The position numbers and the translations under genes are program-made. From Bacteroidales bacterium (GTDB lineage: Bacteria > Bacteroidota > Bacteroidia > Bacteroidales > UBA7960): 64,000 nt of DNA. Below the pieces are notes generated by a model, which saw only the letters and a program-made list of their open reading frames with translations, made no database searches and was not told the origin of the DNA. Of this stretch, positions 52,189 to 62,336 are shown one piece after another. Positions within the stretch are counted from its first letter, which is position 1; the number at the start of each line of letters is the position of its first letter. Location: assembly GCA_007129255.1 (NCBI GenBank), contig SKVW01000059.1, forward strand, positions 2,204 through 66,203, given 5' to 3'.

Positions 52189-54669
52189 TTAGTAAAGTCC
52201 GTCCTGCCCGTTGAGGTCCCGAGGCCTTTCATGTCTTTCTCTTTCCTGGTATCCCCCAAAACGATAGGTAAGGCTGAGGGTGAGTATCCTGGTTTCGCGG
52301 TCAAAGCGCCGCTCCTGGGCAAAACGGCTGCCGTCGGTCTCCAGCACAAAGCGCTGGGTATTGAAAATATCGCTGACGTTGAGGCTGACGGTAGCATTTT
52401 GTCGCCATAAATTTCTTCTAAGCCCCATGCTCATGCCAAATACAGGCTTGATGCTACCCTGGGGCACAGCGATAGGTCCGCGGTAATTCCCCATCACCTG
52501 CACATTGAACCAGTTGGGAATGCGGACATTGCTCAGCAGGGAAAGGGTCCAGCTGTAGCGGGAGTTCACAAAGGAATCTCCTTCGCTGTTTACACCGGAA
52601 ACTTCCGAATGAAAAAAGTTACCCGTAAGGGTGGCATCGGCATTCTGGCTGAAATTAAACTGGTTTACCAGTTCCACCCCAAGATTTTGCCGGGTATCGG
52701 AATTGATCCAGGTAACAATGGCATAGCGTTCGTCAAATAGCTCAAACACCCTGGAAAGGGCATCGGAAGTATGACGGAAATAGGTGCTGGCACTAAGGAA
52801 ATAATTCTCCCATCCGCGCAGGTAGCTCACCTCAAAGCTGTTGGTGTATTCGGCATCCAGGTATGGGTTGCCAATTCGCAGGTTAAAGAAATCCTGGGCA
52901 TTGATAAACGGCATCAGGGCCCATGTGCCCGGCCTACGAATACGGCGGCTGTAGTTGAGTTGAACATCCTGGTTTTGCGAAATTTCGTAATTGAGAAAAA
53001 TGCTCGGGAAAAAGTCAAAATAATTGTTGGTGTGGGTGCTGTCAATGGCCGGCTGGTAAGATTCCGTGCGGGTATATTCTGCCCTTAATCCGGCCTGGTA
53101 GCTAAATGCTCCAAGATCCTGCTGCAGGATAAGGTAAGCCGCATGCACATCTTCATCAAAGCGGAACTGGTTGGTGATCAGGTCATCCTTTTCAGAATGT
53201 GCAAGATCAAAGCCAAATTCAGGATCATATTTCCTGAAAATCTGTTCCAGATCGTTTCGTCTCAGGGTTGAACGCCAACCGGCTTCGAAGTTGATTCTTT
53301 CGGTCACCGGAAGGGTATAGTCAATTTGACCGATATACATCTGGTTATTCAATGGCCTTTCATAGGTCTGCAAAGTTCTTTTATCGTCAACAGCTTCCTG
53401 CTGATCATTATAGAATTCCTGGTCAAAATACTCGAGGCGATCCTGCTGATCGTGGGAAAAAGAAAACCGGGCGTCCAGGCTTTGTCCGTTGCCATTGCCA
53501 TTGGGCCGCCAGGAATATTCCAGCCCGAATTCATAGTTGGTCCTGGACTGGTCTTCTTCCAGCTGGCGCACAAACATACTGTCCAGCTCCAGCTGATTGT
53601 CCAGGGTCCTGATATTGTAGAGCCTTTCCCGGTCGCGGCTGCGCAGGTTGATATTGGAAAACAGCCGTGCCGAACTATTTTGACCAATATTGTATTCAAA
53701 TCCCGACCTGATCAGATGCCCCTGCCGGTAATTTTGGGTATCAAAATCCTGATCCATATATGGAGAAACATTGGGCCCGCTGTATGCACGAAAGCTTTCG
53801 TTGTATTCCCACAACTCCCTGTATTGGTAGGAGTAGTTGGTAAATATGTTCATGTTGTTGGTGCGGTAGTTCAAATTAACCCCACCCGAATATTTATGCC
53901 CGGTACCGGCAGAAGTGTTGACCCTGCCGTTAAAACCAACCATGCGCTCTTCTTTGAGAACCAAATTAATGATCCCTCCCACACCTTCGGCATCATACCT
54001 GGCAGAAGGGTTGGTGATCAGCTCTACACTTTCAATGGCATCGGCAGGAAATTGTTCAAGAATGGATTCGGTATCATCACTGGTAAGATTGGTAGGACGG
54101 CCGTTGATATGTATCTCAATGTTACCGCTTCCACGCATGCTGATATTGCCTTCCTCATCCACCATCACCGATGGTAAGGTTTCCAGCACCTGCAGGGCAG
54201 TTCCCCCTTCGGCCACCACCGTATTTTCCATGCTGAAAACCCTGCGGTCGAACTCGCTCCTGAAAAGGGATGCAGCGGCTTCTACCACTATCTCCCCTAA
54301 TTCTTCGGACAAAGAAGCCAGGCCAATTTCACCCAGGTCATTGATTCCCTGCTCTAATTCAACTTCTCTCCACAATTCCTGAAAACCAATGTATCCCAGC
54401 CTCAGATAATAAGTGCCAGGATCGGCCTGCAGTTCAAATCTGCCTTCCATATCGGCTACTCCTCCCGTAACCATGGAGCTATCGGAAAGGCTCATCAGGG
54501 AAGCATTGGCAAATTCAAGGGTTTCTTCGGTTTCACTTTGAATCACTGTCCCTTTTAACACCGTTTGCCCTATTGAATGATTGGATGAAAGCAAAATCAG
54601 CAAAAAAGAAACAAGGCCCATTGGTCTGAACATCAAGCGGATTGTATTGTAAAATGGTATAGTCAACAT
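52189..54669 (-). CDS. TonB-dependent receptor-like outer-membrane beta-barrel protein with N-terminal carboxypeptidase-regulatory-like domain
   Basis: CarbopepD_reg-like N-terminus (LKGTVIQSETEETLEFANASL...EGRFELQ...PGTYYLRLGYIGF), then a plug-like segment (ALQVLETLPSVMVDEEGNISMRGSG...INGRP) and a long beta-barrel ending in YRFGGY... The start may be M13 (54633). Confidence 0.85.
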   Translation of the reverse strand: MLTIPFYNTIRLMFRPMGLVSFLLILLSSNHSIGQTVLKGTVIQSETEETLEFANASLMSLSDSSMVTGGVADMEGRFELQADPGTYYLRLGYIGFQELWREVELEQGINDLGEIGLASLSEELGEIVVEAAASLFRSEFDRRVFSMENTVVAEGGTALQVLETLPSVMVDEEGNISMRGSGNIEIHINGRPTNLTSDDTESILEQFPADAIESVELITNPSARYDAEGVGGIINLVLKEERMVGFNGRVNTSAGTGHKYSGGVNLNYRTNNMNIFTNYSYQYRELWEYNESFRAYSGPNVSPYMDQDFDTQNYRQGHLIRSGFEYNIGQNSSARLFSNINLRSRDRERLYNIRTLDNQLELDSMFVRQLEEDQSRTNYEFGLEYSWRPNGNGNGQSLDARFSFSHDQQDRLEYFDQEFYNDQQEAVDDKRTLQTYERPLNNQMYIGQIDYTLPVTERINFEAGWRSTLRRNDLEQIFRKYDPEFGFDLAHSEKDDLITNQFRFDEDVHAAYLILQQDLGAFSYQAGLRAEYTRTESYQPAIDSTHTNNYFDFFPSIFLNYEISQNQDVQLNYSRRIRRPGTWALMPFINAQDFFNLRIGNPYLDAEYTNSFEVSYLRGWENYFLSASTYFRHTSDALSRVFELFDERYAIVTWINSDTRQNLGVELVNQFNFSQNADATLTGNFFHSEVSGVNSEGDSFVNSRYSWTLSLLSNVRIPNWFNVQVMGNYRGPIAVPQGSIKPVFGMSMGLRRNLWRQNATVSLNVSDIFNTQRFVLETDGSRFAQERRFDRETRILTLSLTYRFGGYQERERHERPRDLNGQDGLY

Positions 54670-54908
54670 AAAATGGTCCCCAACTTAATTAAGCGTGATT
54701 AATGAATGATGATAAAAATCTGCCTGTTTAAAGCTGGCAAGGGTTATGTAAAAAACGCAGGATCAAAAAAATTGTTTGACGGGCGAAATAGCCAAAGGAT
54801 CGGACAGGGTTTTAATTATATCTATAAACTATCATAAGTAAGTCTTTAAGAAGGTACGTTAAAAAATGCTAACTACACTTCAGACTAAAAATTTTGAATG
54901 TTTTTCTG

Positions 54909-54916
54909 TAATTTTG
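54909..54916 (+). promoter_or_regulatory. Candidate -7 box TAATTTTG for the 54994 gene
   Basis: An exact TAnnTTTG match that ends 78 nt upstream of the ATG at 54994. Confidence 0.4.
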
Positions 54917-54993
54917 TGCTCCCAACTTCAAAGATAAATAGTTCATGCCGGTCTTGTTCCGGAAATTTGTGGGAGCAACCAACTTTATGATTA

Positions 54994-56253
54994 ATGAGAA
55001 AGTTTAAATTATCCATAGCGGTTTTATTCATTATCTTTTTAGCTATTCCTGAGGGTCACACCCAAAACGCACAGAACAGGGCAAACGGACGGCTTGCCGT
55101 GTTTTTGGATTGTCCCTGGTGGTGCGATGAAAACTTTATCATGGAAGAGATCCCTGTGGTTTCTTATGTAAGGGATAAGGAACTGGCCGATGTGCATGTG
55201 ATGATGACCCGCCATGGAGGGGGCATGGCCGGCACCAGTTATGTCATTTCCTTTTACGGTTACGGTGAGTTTGAAGGCCAGGAATACGAGTTGAGCTATT
55301 GGGCCCCCCGTACCAATACCGCCGACCAGAACCGCAGGGGATATACCAACAAACTGAAAATGGGATTGGTGTATTTTATTGCCCAAACACCCGTTGCCGG
55401 ACAGGTGCAGATTTCTTTTGACTATGACCCGGAACGCCCCGTTTTGCCAGAAGAAGAAATTGAAGATCCCTGGAACCGATGGGTATTTGAAATTTATGGA
55501 GGGGGAAACTATCGCAAAGAGGAAAAAAGTTCCTCAATGAGTTTTCGCTATGGGCTATTTGCCGATAAGATCACCCACGACTGGAAGATCAGGCTTCGCC
55601 CCTACTTCAATTACAGCGAGCGCACCTTTGTTACGGAAGAGGAGGATATTCGCAGTATCTCCCACCGAAACGGCTTTAACGGGCAGGTGGTGAAAAGCAT
55701 CAACCAGCATTGGTCTGTTGGAGTGTTCAACACCATGCTTTCCAGCACTTTTCATAATATGGCCTTTAATGTGGAACTTACCCCTGCAGTCGAGTACAGC
55801 CTTTTCCCATACAGGGAAGCCACCCGGCGCTCCATCTCTTTTGCCTATCGCATGGGGTATGGCTATCATAACTACCGTGAAGAAACCATTTTTGAAAAAG
55901 AAGTGGAATTTCTATTTGGCCATTCCCTGGAGGCTGCCGCCAGATTTCAGCAACCCTGGGGAAGCATCAGGGCAGGTATCAGCGGCTCTCATTATTTTCA
56001 TGACTTCAGTGCCAACCGGGCCGAATTTTTTGCCAATGTGAATCTTCGCCTTTTCCAGGGTTTTGCCCTTTCCCTCAGCGGGAACCTTGATCTTATAAAC
56101 GACCTGCGCTCCATCCCTTTGGGCGACCTATCGGTGGAAGAGATCCTGCTGGAACAATCCCAGCAGTCAACCAGCTACCAGATTAACGCCTCCATCGGCC
56201 TGACCTATACTTTCGGCTCTGATTTCACGGGAGTTTACAACCCAAGGTTGTAA
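54994..56253 (+). CDS. Hypothetical secreted protein, putative outer-membrane beta-barrel with a distinct N-terminal domain
   Basis: Signal peptide (LSIAVLFIIFLAIPEGHTQ); N-terminal ~130-aa domain with a CPWWC motif; C-terminal ~270 aa with alternating beta-strand pattern rich in Y/F/G/N. I do not recognise a family. Confidence 0.65.
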   Translation: MRKFKLSIAVLFIIFLAIPEGHTQNAQNRANGRLAVFLDCPWWCDENFIMEEIPVVSYVRDKELADVHVMMTRHGGGMAGTSYVISFYGYGEFEGQEYELSYWAPRTNTADQNRRGYTNKLKMGLVYFIAQTPVAGQVQISFDYDPERPVLPEEEIEDPWNRWVFEIYGGGNYRKEEKSSSMSFRYGLFADKITHDWKIRLRPYFNYSERTFVTEEEDIRSISHRNGFNGQVVKSINQHWSVGVFNTMLSSTFHNMAFNVELTPAVEYSLFPYREATRRSISFAYRMGYGYHNYREETIFEKEVEFLFGHSLEAAARFQQPWGSIRAGISGSHYFHDFSANRAEFFANVNLRLFQGFALSLSGNLDLINDLRSIPLGDLSVEEILLEQSQQSTSYQINASIGLTYTFGSDFTGVYNPRL

Positions 56254-56389
56254 CTACGGGTTGCTTTACTTTTTTCTGTTTGCACAAATTTTTCATTTGC
56301 GGAATTTCATTTTTATCTTTCAGAGGTAATACAATGAACCCGTAATTCCTTTTTTCCGGTCTCAGGCAGGTCTTTCAAATTATAAGTCC

Positions 56390-56426
56390 AAAAAAAACCG
56401 GCTTGCGCCTTGCAAGCCGGTTTTTT
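56390..56426. terminator. Bidirectional intrinsic terminator between convergent genes (54994 ORF and nifJ)
   Basis: A8 tract, then ccggcttgc-gcctt-gcaagccgg, then a T6 tract. Confidence 0.85.
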
Positions 56427-56451
56427 AATTAATTCATATAAATAACATGAA

Positions 56452-59400
56452 CTACTCTTCTGAATATTTCATTTCCGCATGGCGCTTATAGGTATTGTAA
56501 CGCCATTTGGCATTCTCTTCGGCGGCTTTGAACAGCTCGTCGGCTTCTTTCGGGAAAGCCTTTTTCAATGAACTGTAGCGCACCTCTGAACTAAGGAAAT
56601 CCTGGAACTTATTCCAGTCGGGTTCTTTGCTGTCGAGTTGGAAGGGGTTTTTGCCTTCTGCTTCCAGCAGCGGATTGTAGCGGTAAAGCTGCCAGTAACC
56701 TGCCTCAACGGCAAACTTGGTCTGTTCCTGGGTAGCCCCCATGCCATTGCGCAAACCATGGTTGATACATGGAGAGTAAGCAATGATCACCGAAGGTCCG
56801 GGATAGGCTTCTGCTTCACGCACGGCTTTGAGGAACTGGTTCTGGCTGGCACCCATACCTACCTGGGCTACATAAACATAACCATAGGTCATGGCCATCA
56901 GTCCCAGGTCTTTTTTGCGCACCCGCTTTCCGGCTGCGGCAAATTTGGCAATGGCACCAACCGGGGTAGCCTTGGAAGCCTGTCCACCGGTGTTGGAATA
57001 AACCTCGGTATCCATTACCAGCAAATTGACATCTTCTCCGGAGGCGATCACATGATCCAATCCTCCAAAACCGATGTCATAGGCCCATCCGTCACCACCA
57101 AACATCCAAACCGATTTCTTCACAAGGTACTGCTTCAGTTCGAGGATCTCTTTGGCAATGGGACTTTCCTCTTTCTCCAGGGTTTTCACAACCTTTTGCG
57201 AGGCTTCTTTTGACTTTTGTGCATCGTCTTTTCCATCCAACCAAGCTTTAAAGGCTTCTTTGGTCTCTTCAGAAAGATCATCCTCCAGGCCGGTTTCCAT
57301 CAGTCTTGCAATGCGCTCACGCAACTTGTTTACACCGGTTGCCATACCAAAGCCGTACTCGGCATTGTCTTCAAACAGGGAGTTGGCCCAGGCAGGTCCG
57401 TGTCCATCACTGTTGACGGTATAAGGGGTGGCCGGGGCAGATCCTCCGTAAATGGAAGAACAGCCGGTGGCATTGGCGATCATCATGCGGTCGCCATACA
57501 ACTGAGTGATAAGCTTAACATAAGGTGTTTCTCCGCAACCTGCACAAGCTCCGCTGAATTCAAACAGGGGTTGCGCAAACTGGCTGTTTTTAACCGATTG
57601 CTCTTTGTTAAGCAAGGTGTCTTTATAGGTTACGTTTTTGGTTATCCAGTCCCAATGCTTGTCTTCCTGCATCTGCTCTCCCAGCGGCTCCATTTTCAGT
57701 GCCTTTTTGGGTGCAGGGCAGACCTCCACACAGTTCCCACAGCCGGTACAATCCAGCGGACTGACCTGTATGCGGTATTGCAGGCCGGACAGTGATTTTC
57801 CTTTGGCATCAACGGTAACCAGTTTTTTAGGTGCTTTTTTCGCTTCCTTCTCATCCAGCAGGAACGGACGGATCACTGCATGAGGACATACATAGGCACA
57901 CTGATTACATTGAATACAGTTATCATGTATCCATTCCGGGACATTCACGGCAATACCACGCTTTTCGTAAGCAGTGGTTCCCTGGGGGAAGGTTCCGTCT
58001 TCTCTTCCGCGGAAAGCACTCACCGGAAGATCATCTCCTTTTTGTGCGTTGATCGGGAAAACAATATCACGGATAAACTCCGGAACATCGTGTCCGTTTT
58101 CTTTATCCTTGACTTTCACATTGTGCCAGCCGGAGGGTATATCAATTTTGGTCACCTTGCCGCCTTCGTCTACAGCATCATTGTTCATTTTTACAATCTC
58201 TTCCCCTTTGCGGCCATAGGTTTTCTTAATGGCGTCTTTCATTTCCTTCACGGCTTTTTCGTAAGGAATGACTTCAGCCACCTTAAAGAACGCGCTTTGC
58301 ATAATGGTGTTGGTGCGTCCGCCCAGACCGATCTTTTCTGCAATTTCCGTGGCGTTGATGATGTAGAACTGAATATCGTTCTCTGCCATGAACTTTTTCA
58401 TGTGGTCGGGGATGCGCTTTTTGGTTTCCTCTTCATCCCAGATGGAGTTCAACAGGAAAGTGCCTCCTTTTTTCAGGCCTTTGAGCATGTCGTATTTTTC
58501 CAGGTAGGCCGGAACATGGCAGGCCACAAAATCAGCGGCATTGATCAGGTAAGGCGAACGGATCGGACTGTCGCCGAAACGAAGGTGGGAAACGGTGATC
58601 CCTCCCGACTTTTTACTGTCGTAAGAGAAATACCCCTGTGCAAATTTATCGGTGGTATCCCCGATGATCTTGATGGAGTTTTTATTGGCTCCCACAGTAC
58701 CATCAGCACCAATTCCATAAAACTTGGCCGAATAAATCCCTTTTGGGGAAACATCCACATTTTCGCCCAGCGGAAGGGAAGTAAAGGTCACATCGTCCAC
58801 AATACCCACCGTAAACTGATTTTTGGGTTCGGGAAGTTTCAGGTTGTCAAACACAGCGATGATGTGCGCCGGGATGGTATCTTTGGAACTCAGTCCATAG
58901 CGTCCGCCCACAATAACGGGGGCATTTTCCTTCCCGTAAAACAGGTCGCGTACATCCAGGTAAAGCGGCTCGCCATTGGCGCCGGGCTCTTTGGTGCGGT
59001 CCAGCACGGCAATGCGCTTCACGCTCTTGGGCAGTACTTTAAAGAAATATTTTTCAGAGAACGGACGGTAAAGGTGTACGCTGATCAAGCCGACCTTTTC
59101 TCCCTGCGACATCTTATAATCGATGGTTTCCTTGATGGTATCGGTAATGGAGCCCATGGCCACAATCACATTTTCGGCATCAGGAGCGCCATAATAGGTG
59201 AAAGGATGGTATTCCCTTCCGCAGATTTTGGAAATTTCCTGCATGTATTCTTCCACAATATCGGGAACGACCTGGAAGAAGGGGTTGGCAGCTTCCCTTG
59301 ACTGGAAGTAAATATCGGGATTTTGTGCAGTACCGCGGGTAACGGGATGCTCAGGGTTGAGCGCCCGGTTGCGGAATTCCTGCAATGCTTTCATATCCAA

Positions 59401-59988
59401 AAGCTTTGCCATTTCTTCCTGGTTGCTTTCCTCTACTTTTTGTACTTCGTGAGAAGTGCGGAATCCGTCAAAAAAGTGAAGGAAAGGAATGCGTGACTTG
59501 ATGGATGCCAGGTGGGCAATGGGTGCTATGTCCATGATCTCCTGCACACTGCCGGTGGCCAGCATGGCAAAACCGGTATGGCGGGTGCTCATCACATCAG
59601 AGTGGTCGCCAAAGATCGACAGGGCCTGGGCGGCCAGACTACGGGCCGACACATGAAATACCCCGGGCAACAACTCCCCTGAAAGCTTATACATATTGGG
59701 GATCATCAGCAACAATCCCTGGGATGCCGTATAGGTGCTGGTTAAAGCTCCTGATTGTAAAGACCCGTGCACCGCTCCGGCGGCCCCGGCCTCCGACTGC
59801 ATCTCTACCAGCTTCACTTCCTCTCCGAAGATATTTTTCCTCCCGGCAGCAGCCCACTCATCCACATTCTCCGCCATATTGGAAGAAGGCGTAATCGGAT
59901 AAATGGCCGCTACTTCACTGAACATGTAGGCCACATGCGAAGCCGCATGGTTACCATCACATGTGATGAATTTTTTCTTTTTTGTCAT
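56452..59988 (-). CDS. nifJ: Pyruvate:ferredoxin (flavodoxin) oxidoreductase, single-polypeptide PFOR
   Basis: 1178 aa with N-terminus DGNHAASHVAYMFSEVAAIYPITPSS. It has two 4Fe-4S motifs (CIQCNQCAYVCP, CTGCGNCVEVCP) and TPP motif GGDGWAYDIGFGG. Confidence 0.97.
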   Translation of the reverse strand: MTKKKKFITCDGNHAASHVAYMFSEVAAIYPITPSSNMAENVDEWAAAGRKNIFGEEVKLVEMQSEAGAAGAVHGSLQSGALTSTYTASQGLLLMIPNMYKLSGELLPGVFHVSARSLAAQALSIFGDHSDVMSTRHTGFAMLATGSVQEIMDIAPIAHLASIKSRIPFLHFFDGFRTSHEVQKVEESNQEEMAKLLDMKALQEFRNRALNPEHPVTRGTAQNPDIYFQSREAANPFFQVVPDIVEEYMQEISKICGREYHPFTYYGAPDAENVIVAMGSITDTIKETIDYKMSQGEKVGLISVHLYRPFSEKYFFKVLPKSVKRIAVLDRTKEPGANGEPLYLDVRDLFYGKENAPVIVGGRYGLSSKDTIPAHIIAVFDNLKLPEPKNQFTVGIVDDVTFTSLPLGENVDVSPKGIYSAKFYGIGADGTVGANKNSIKIIGDTTDKFAQGYFSYDSKKSGGITVSHLRFGDSPIRSPYLINAADFVACHVPAYLEKYDMLKGLKKGGTFLLNSIWDEEETKKRIPDHMKKFMAENDIQFYIINATEIAEKIGLGGRTNTIMQSAFFKVAEVIPYEKAVKEMKDAIKKTYGRKGEEIVKMNNDAVDEGGKVTKIDIPSGWHNVKVKDKENGHDVPEFIRDIVFPINAQKGDDLPVSAFRGREDGTFPQGTTAYEKRGIAVNVPEWIHDNCIQCNQCAYVCPHAVIRPFLLDEKEAKKAPKKLVTVDAKGKSLSGLQYRIQVSPLDCTGCGNCVEVCPAPKKALKMEPLGEQMQEDKHWDWITKNVTYKDTLLNKEQSVKNSQFAQPLFEFSGACAGCGETPYVKLITQLYGDRMMIANATGCSSIYGGSAPATPYTVNSDGHGPAWANSLFEDNAEYGFGMATGVNKLRERIARLMETGLEDDLSEETKEAFKAWLDGKDDAQKSKEASQKVVKTLEKEESPIAKEILELKQYLVKKSVWMFGGDGWAYDIGFGGLDHVIASGEDVNLLVMDTEVYSNTGGQASKATPVGAIAKFAAAGKRVRKKDLGLMAMTYGYVYVAQVGMGASQNQFLKAVREAEAYPGPSVIIAYSPCINHGLRNGMGATQEQTKFAVEAGYWQLYRYNPLLEAEGKNPFQLDSKEPDWNKFQDFLSSEVRYSSLKKAFPKEADELFKAAEENAKWRYNTYKRHAEMKYSEE

Positions 59989-60048
59989 AATCGCGTTTAT
60001 TTATAAAGAGTCTTATTATAAGGCAGTTAGGTTTTTCTTTACCAATGG

Positions 60049-60056
60049 CAAAATTA
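60049..60056 (-). promoter_or_regulatory. Candidate -7 box TAATTTTG(CC) for nifJ
   Basis: The plus strand reads caaaatta, so the minus strand reads TAATTTTGCC, about 60 nt upstream of the nifJ ATG (59988). Confidence 0.45.
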
Positions 60057-60129
60057 CTAAATATTATTGATTCATGGCAGGGAAACCGGCTATTTATAAC
60101 GATTTTACGTAAGCAGGTTTTTAAAGTTG

Positions 60130-62055
60130 TTAATCAAAAAACATCCAGGAAATGCCAAACTTAAACATGTTCTCAGGAAGCGGGTAAAAAGGGATCTGGT
60201 AAACAGGAGGCTGATCCACAAACAGGGGCAAAATGTTTTGCAGCTTCACAAATACCCGGGCCCGGCCGATTTTTGCGGAAGCATAGGCATCCAGCAGAAA
60301 GGTATGGTCCGATGTATATTCATCCTGTACATAAAACTGCCTGACAACGGGTATGTAAGCCATGGGGCGGTATGGGTTGTTGTAATAAAGATCAAAGCCG
60401 ATATTGGAATACAGGGCCTGATCAAAAGCATAAAAATCAAGGAAAAGGGAATGGTTGCTCACCAGTTCGGGAAACCTTTCAAAATGATCCGTTTCCACAT
60501 ACTGGTAAAGCACCCGGTGGCGGCTTTGCAAAATGCCGTAGCCCAGGTTGGCGGACAAACCGGCCGTCCAGACCCCGAAGCCGGAGGAGTTCTGTTCGGG
60601 CAAGGCAGCTGCATTCATAAAAACCATGTTGCGAAGAAGGTAGTAATTGCCCTCAAGCGAAAAGAAAGGGTTTTGATAAGTTGCCCCTGCATTGAAGATC
60701 CGCATTTTGTCGAAGTCGTGATCCCAGTATATATAATTGCCGATGAAGCGGGAAAAGAAATAAGGGGCTTCCCTTTCGGTATAAAAGGCATTCAGGCTTA
60801 AGCGGTGCATGCCCCGTTTCCCTCCCACATGCATCCCTGCTTTTATCTCAAAATCCTCATCATTGTATCCGCCCAGTACCATCCTTCCTGATCCTTCAAA
60901 AGAAAGGAAACGGTAGGGGTTTGTCTTCAGTTCCAGGCCTTGTTCAAACTGGTTAAAATTTTCCTCGTGAAGTCCGGAGCCCCCCATGCCCTCTCCTTCT
61001 TCCTGCAAAACATCCAAATAATCAGGCTGGCGGATATCCACCATGCGGTGCTGCAAAAAAACCCGGAAATACAGGGGCAGTTCAGCAGGTTTGCCTTCTG
61101 CAGGGAAGTTGGACCAGCTCAAACGGTTTTCCAGCAGGTTCACCTGGGTGGAATCATAAGTGGACATCTCGATAAAAGGAGGGGTTTCATAAAACCCGGC
61201 AGGCGGGGCCCCCTCATCAAAGACAAAAGATTTGCGGCGATAAGAAAAATCATGATGGATACGGCCCAGGTCAAAAAAGCGCTGTTCTTCAATGGTATCC
61301 CTCATTTGTGTGCGGTAAAACCCAGTCTGGTATAAATGATGAATGTTGTAGGCTGTTTCACGGTAGCGGGACCGGGCACTCTCCAGCACCACAAAGTCGC
61401 TGGCTTCATCCTGCTCAAAAGCCTGCCGGTCTCTCAGTCCCCCGCTTTCTTCATTCTCAGGCCGGTTAATGATAAAGCTACCCATGGCTTGGTACCTTTT
61501 TGAGGGATGCACATAATCAAGAGTAAGGTTAAAATTGGAGTTGCCAGCTCCCATGCGGCTGTAATAACCCGGCGAGCTGATCAGCTGGTATTTGAAGCCG
61601 GCCACAAAATCGTCGCGCAGCCGCTGGCTGTGGCGGGCGTAAAACAACTGCTCACGTTCCGAACCCAATACATAAAACAATTCGGTGGAAACATGCTTGG
61701 GGCGATAAAACCTCAACTGTTCCCCTTTAAAATTATGGCCTGGGTACAAGGGTTGGGGATGCAAGGTAAAAAGCTCATCAGGCAGGGGGTCAAATTCCAG
61801 CAGGCGGGTTACATGCCCCACATTGCCTTTGGTGGCCAGAAACAGGCTTTCCCTTTTGGAGAATTCATAATGCTGAAAGTCCACAAGGGTGGTATCTACA
61901 AAAGCAGAGTCGCGCAAAAAAGGATTGGTTTGGTGGGCTATAGTAAACCAGGGCACTTCCGAATCGGGCCGTTCGGAACCGGAATTGGCCATGGCACCTG
62001 CAGGCAGCATTACTCCAACAATCAAAAAAACAACAACAGGTACAACATTAAACAT
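60130..62055 (-). CDS. Large hypothetical outer-membrane protein (resembles the Bacteroidota 'putative porin' family)
   Basis: The likely start is MFNVVPVVVFLIVGVMLPAGAMA (ATG at 62055; the track ORF extends 50 codons further). It is rich in Y/F/N/G with a beta pattern and ends with an OMP-type terminus KFGISWMFFD. Confidence 0.7.
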   Translation of the reverse strand: MFNVVPVVVFLIVGVMLPAGAMANSGSERPDSEVPWFTIAHQTNPFLRDSAFVDTTLVDFQHYEFSKRESLFLATKGNVGHVTRLLEFDPLPDELFTLHPQPLYPGHNFKGEQLRFYRPKHVSTELFYVLGSEREQLFYARHSQRLRDDFVAGFKYQLISSPGYYSRMGAGNSNFNLTLDYVHPSKRYQAMGSFIINRPENEESGGLRDRQAFEQDEASDFVVLESARSRYRETAYNIHHLYQTGFYRTQMRDTIEEQRFFDLGRIHHDFSYRRKSFVFDEGAPPAGFYETPPFIEMSTYDSTQVNLLENRLSWSNFPAEGKPAELPLYFRVFLQHRMVDIRQPDYLDVLQEEGEGMGGSGLHEENFNQFEQGLELKTNPYRFLSFEGSGRMVLGGYNDEDFEIKAGMHVGGKRGMHRLSLNAFYTEREAPYFFSRFIGNYIYWDHDFDKMRIFNAGATYQNPFFSLEGNYYLLRNMVFMNAAALPEQNSSGFGVWTAGLSANLGYGILQSRHRVLYQYVETDHFERFPELVSNHSLFLDFYAFDQALYSNIGFDLYYNNPYRPMAYIPVVRQFYVQDEYTSDHTFLLDAYASAKIGRARVFVKLQNILPLFVDQPPVYQIPFYPLPENMFKFGISWMFFD

Positions 62056-62307
62056 AAAACAAAAATAAACAGGTGCTTTGGTAATTCCTATTTCTGAAAA
62101 AATTTCGGTAAAGTTAATAATATTGGCAGGAAGTTTCCGCAAAAAAGAAAATGGACTGCTTATCCCCTCCCGGAATTTTTGCAGGGTAAGAAGCTTTTTT
62201 GCCAACCTTGCCTGCAGCTGGTTTTACCCTCATGTTTATTTGTACTGCCAGAAGGGACGCATGGAAAGTGTGGGCCTGAGGGCAGCCGAAAATAAAAGGG
62301 TTTCCTG

Positions 62308-62336
62308 TAGAGACGCGCCGCAAAGGCGCGTCTCTA
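62308..62336. repeat. Perfect 12-bp-stem palindrome (REP-like hairpin)
   Basis: tagagacgcgcc-gcaaa-ggcgcgtctcta. A second hairpin follows: ggacagg-gcttgac-cctgtcc (~62343-62363). A left-arm half copy, gagatgcgccgcaaag, lies at 62414-62429. Confidence 0.85.

Noticed and set aside
52035-52397. 121-codon N-terminal extension of the esterase ORF (track 50706-52397)
   Set aside because: The extension overlaps the 3' end of the TonB-dependent receptor gene and reads as low-information sequence. A canonical lipoprotein signal peptide (MKKLILLTLALAMMFSC) starts at the internal ATG at 52034.
57880-59301. 473-aa + strand ORF inside nifJ, plus similar long antisense ORFs at 35800-36513, 47291-48100, 53326-54177, 60127-60801 and 61507-62097
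   Set aside because: All lie antisense within genes whose sense products have unambiguous family motifs. Their compositions (H/F/G/I-rich, no TM segments or motifs) are typical of mirror-frame ORFs.
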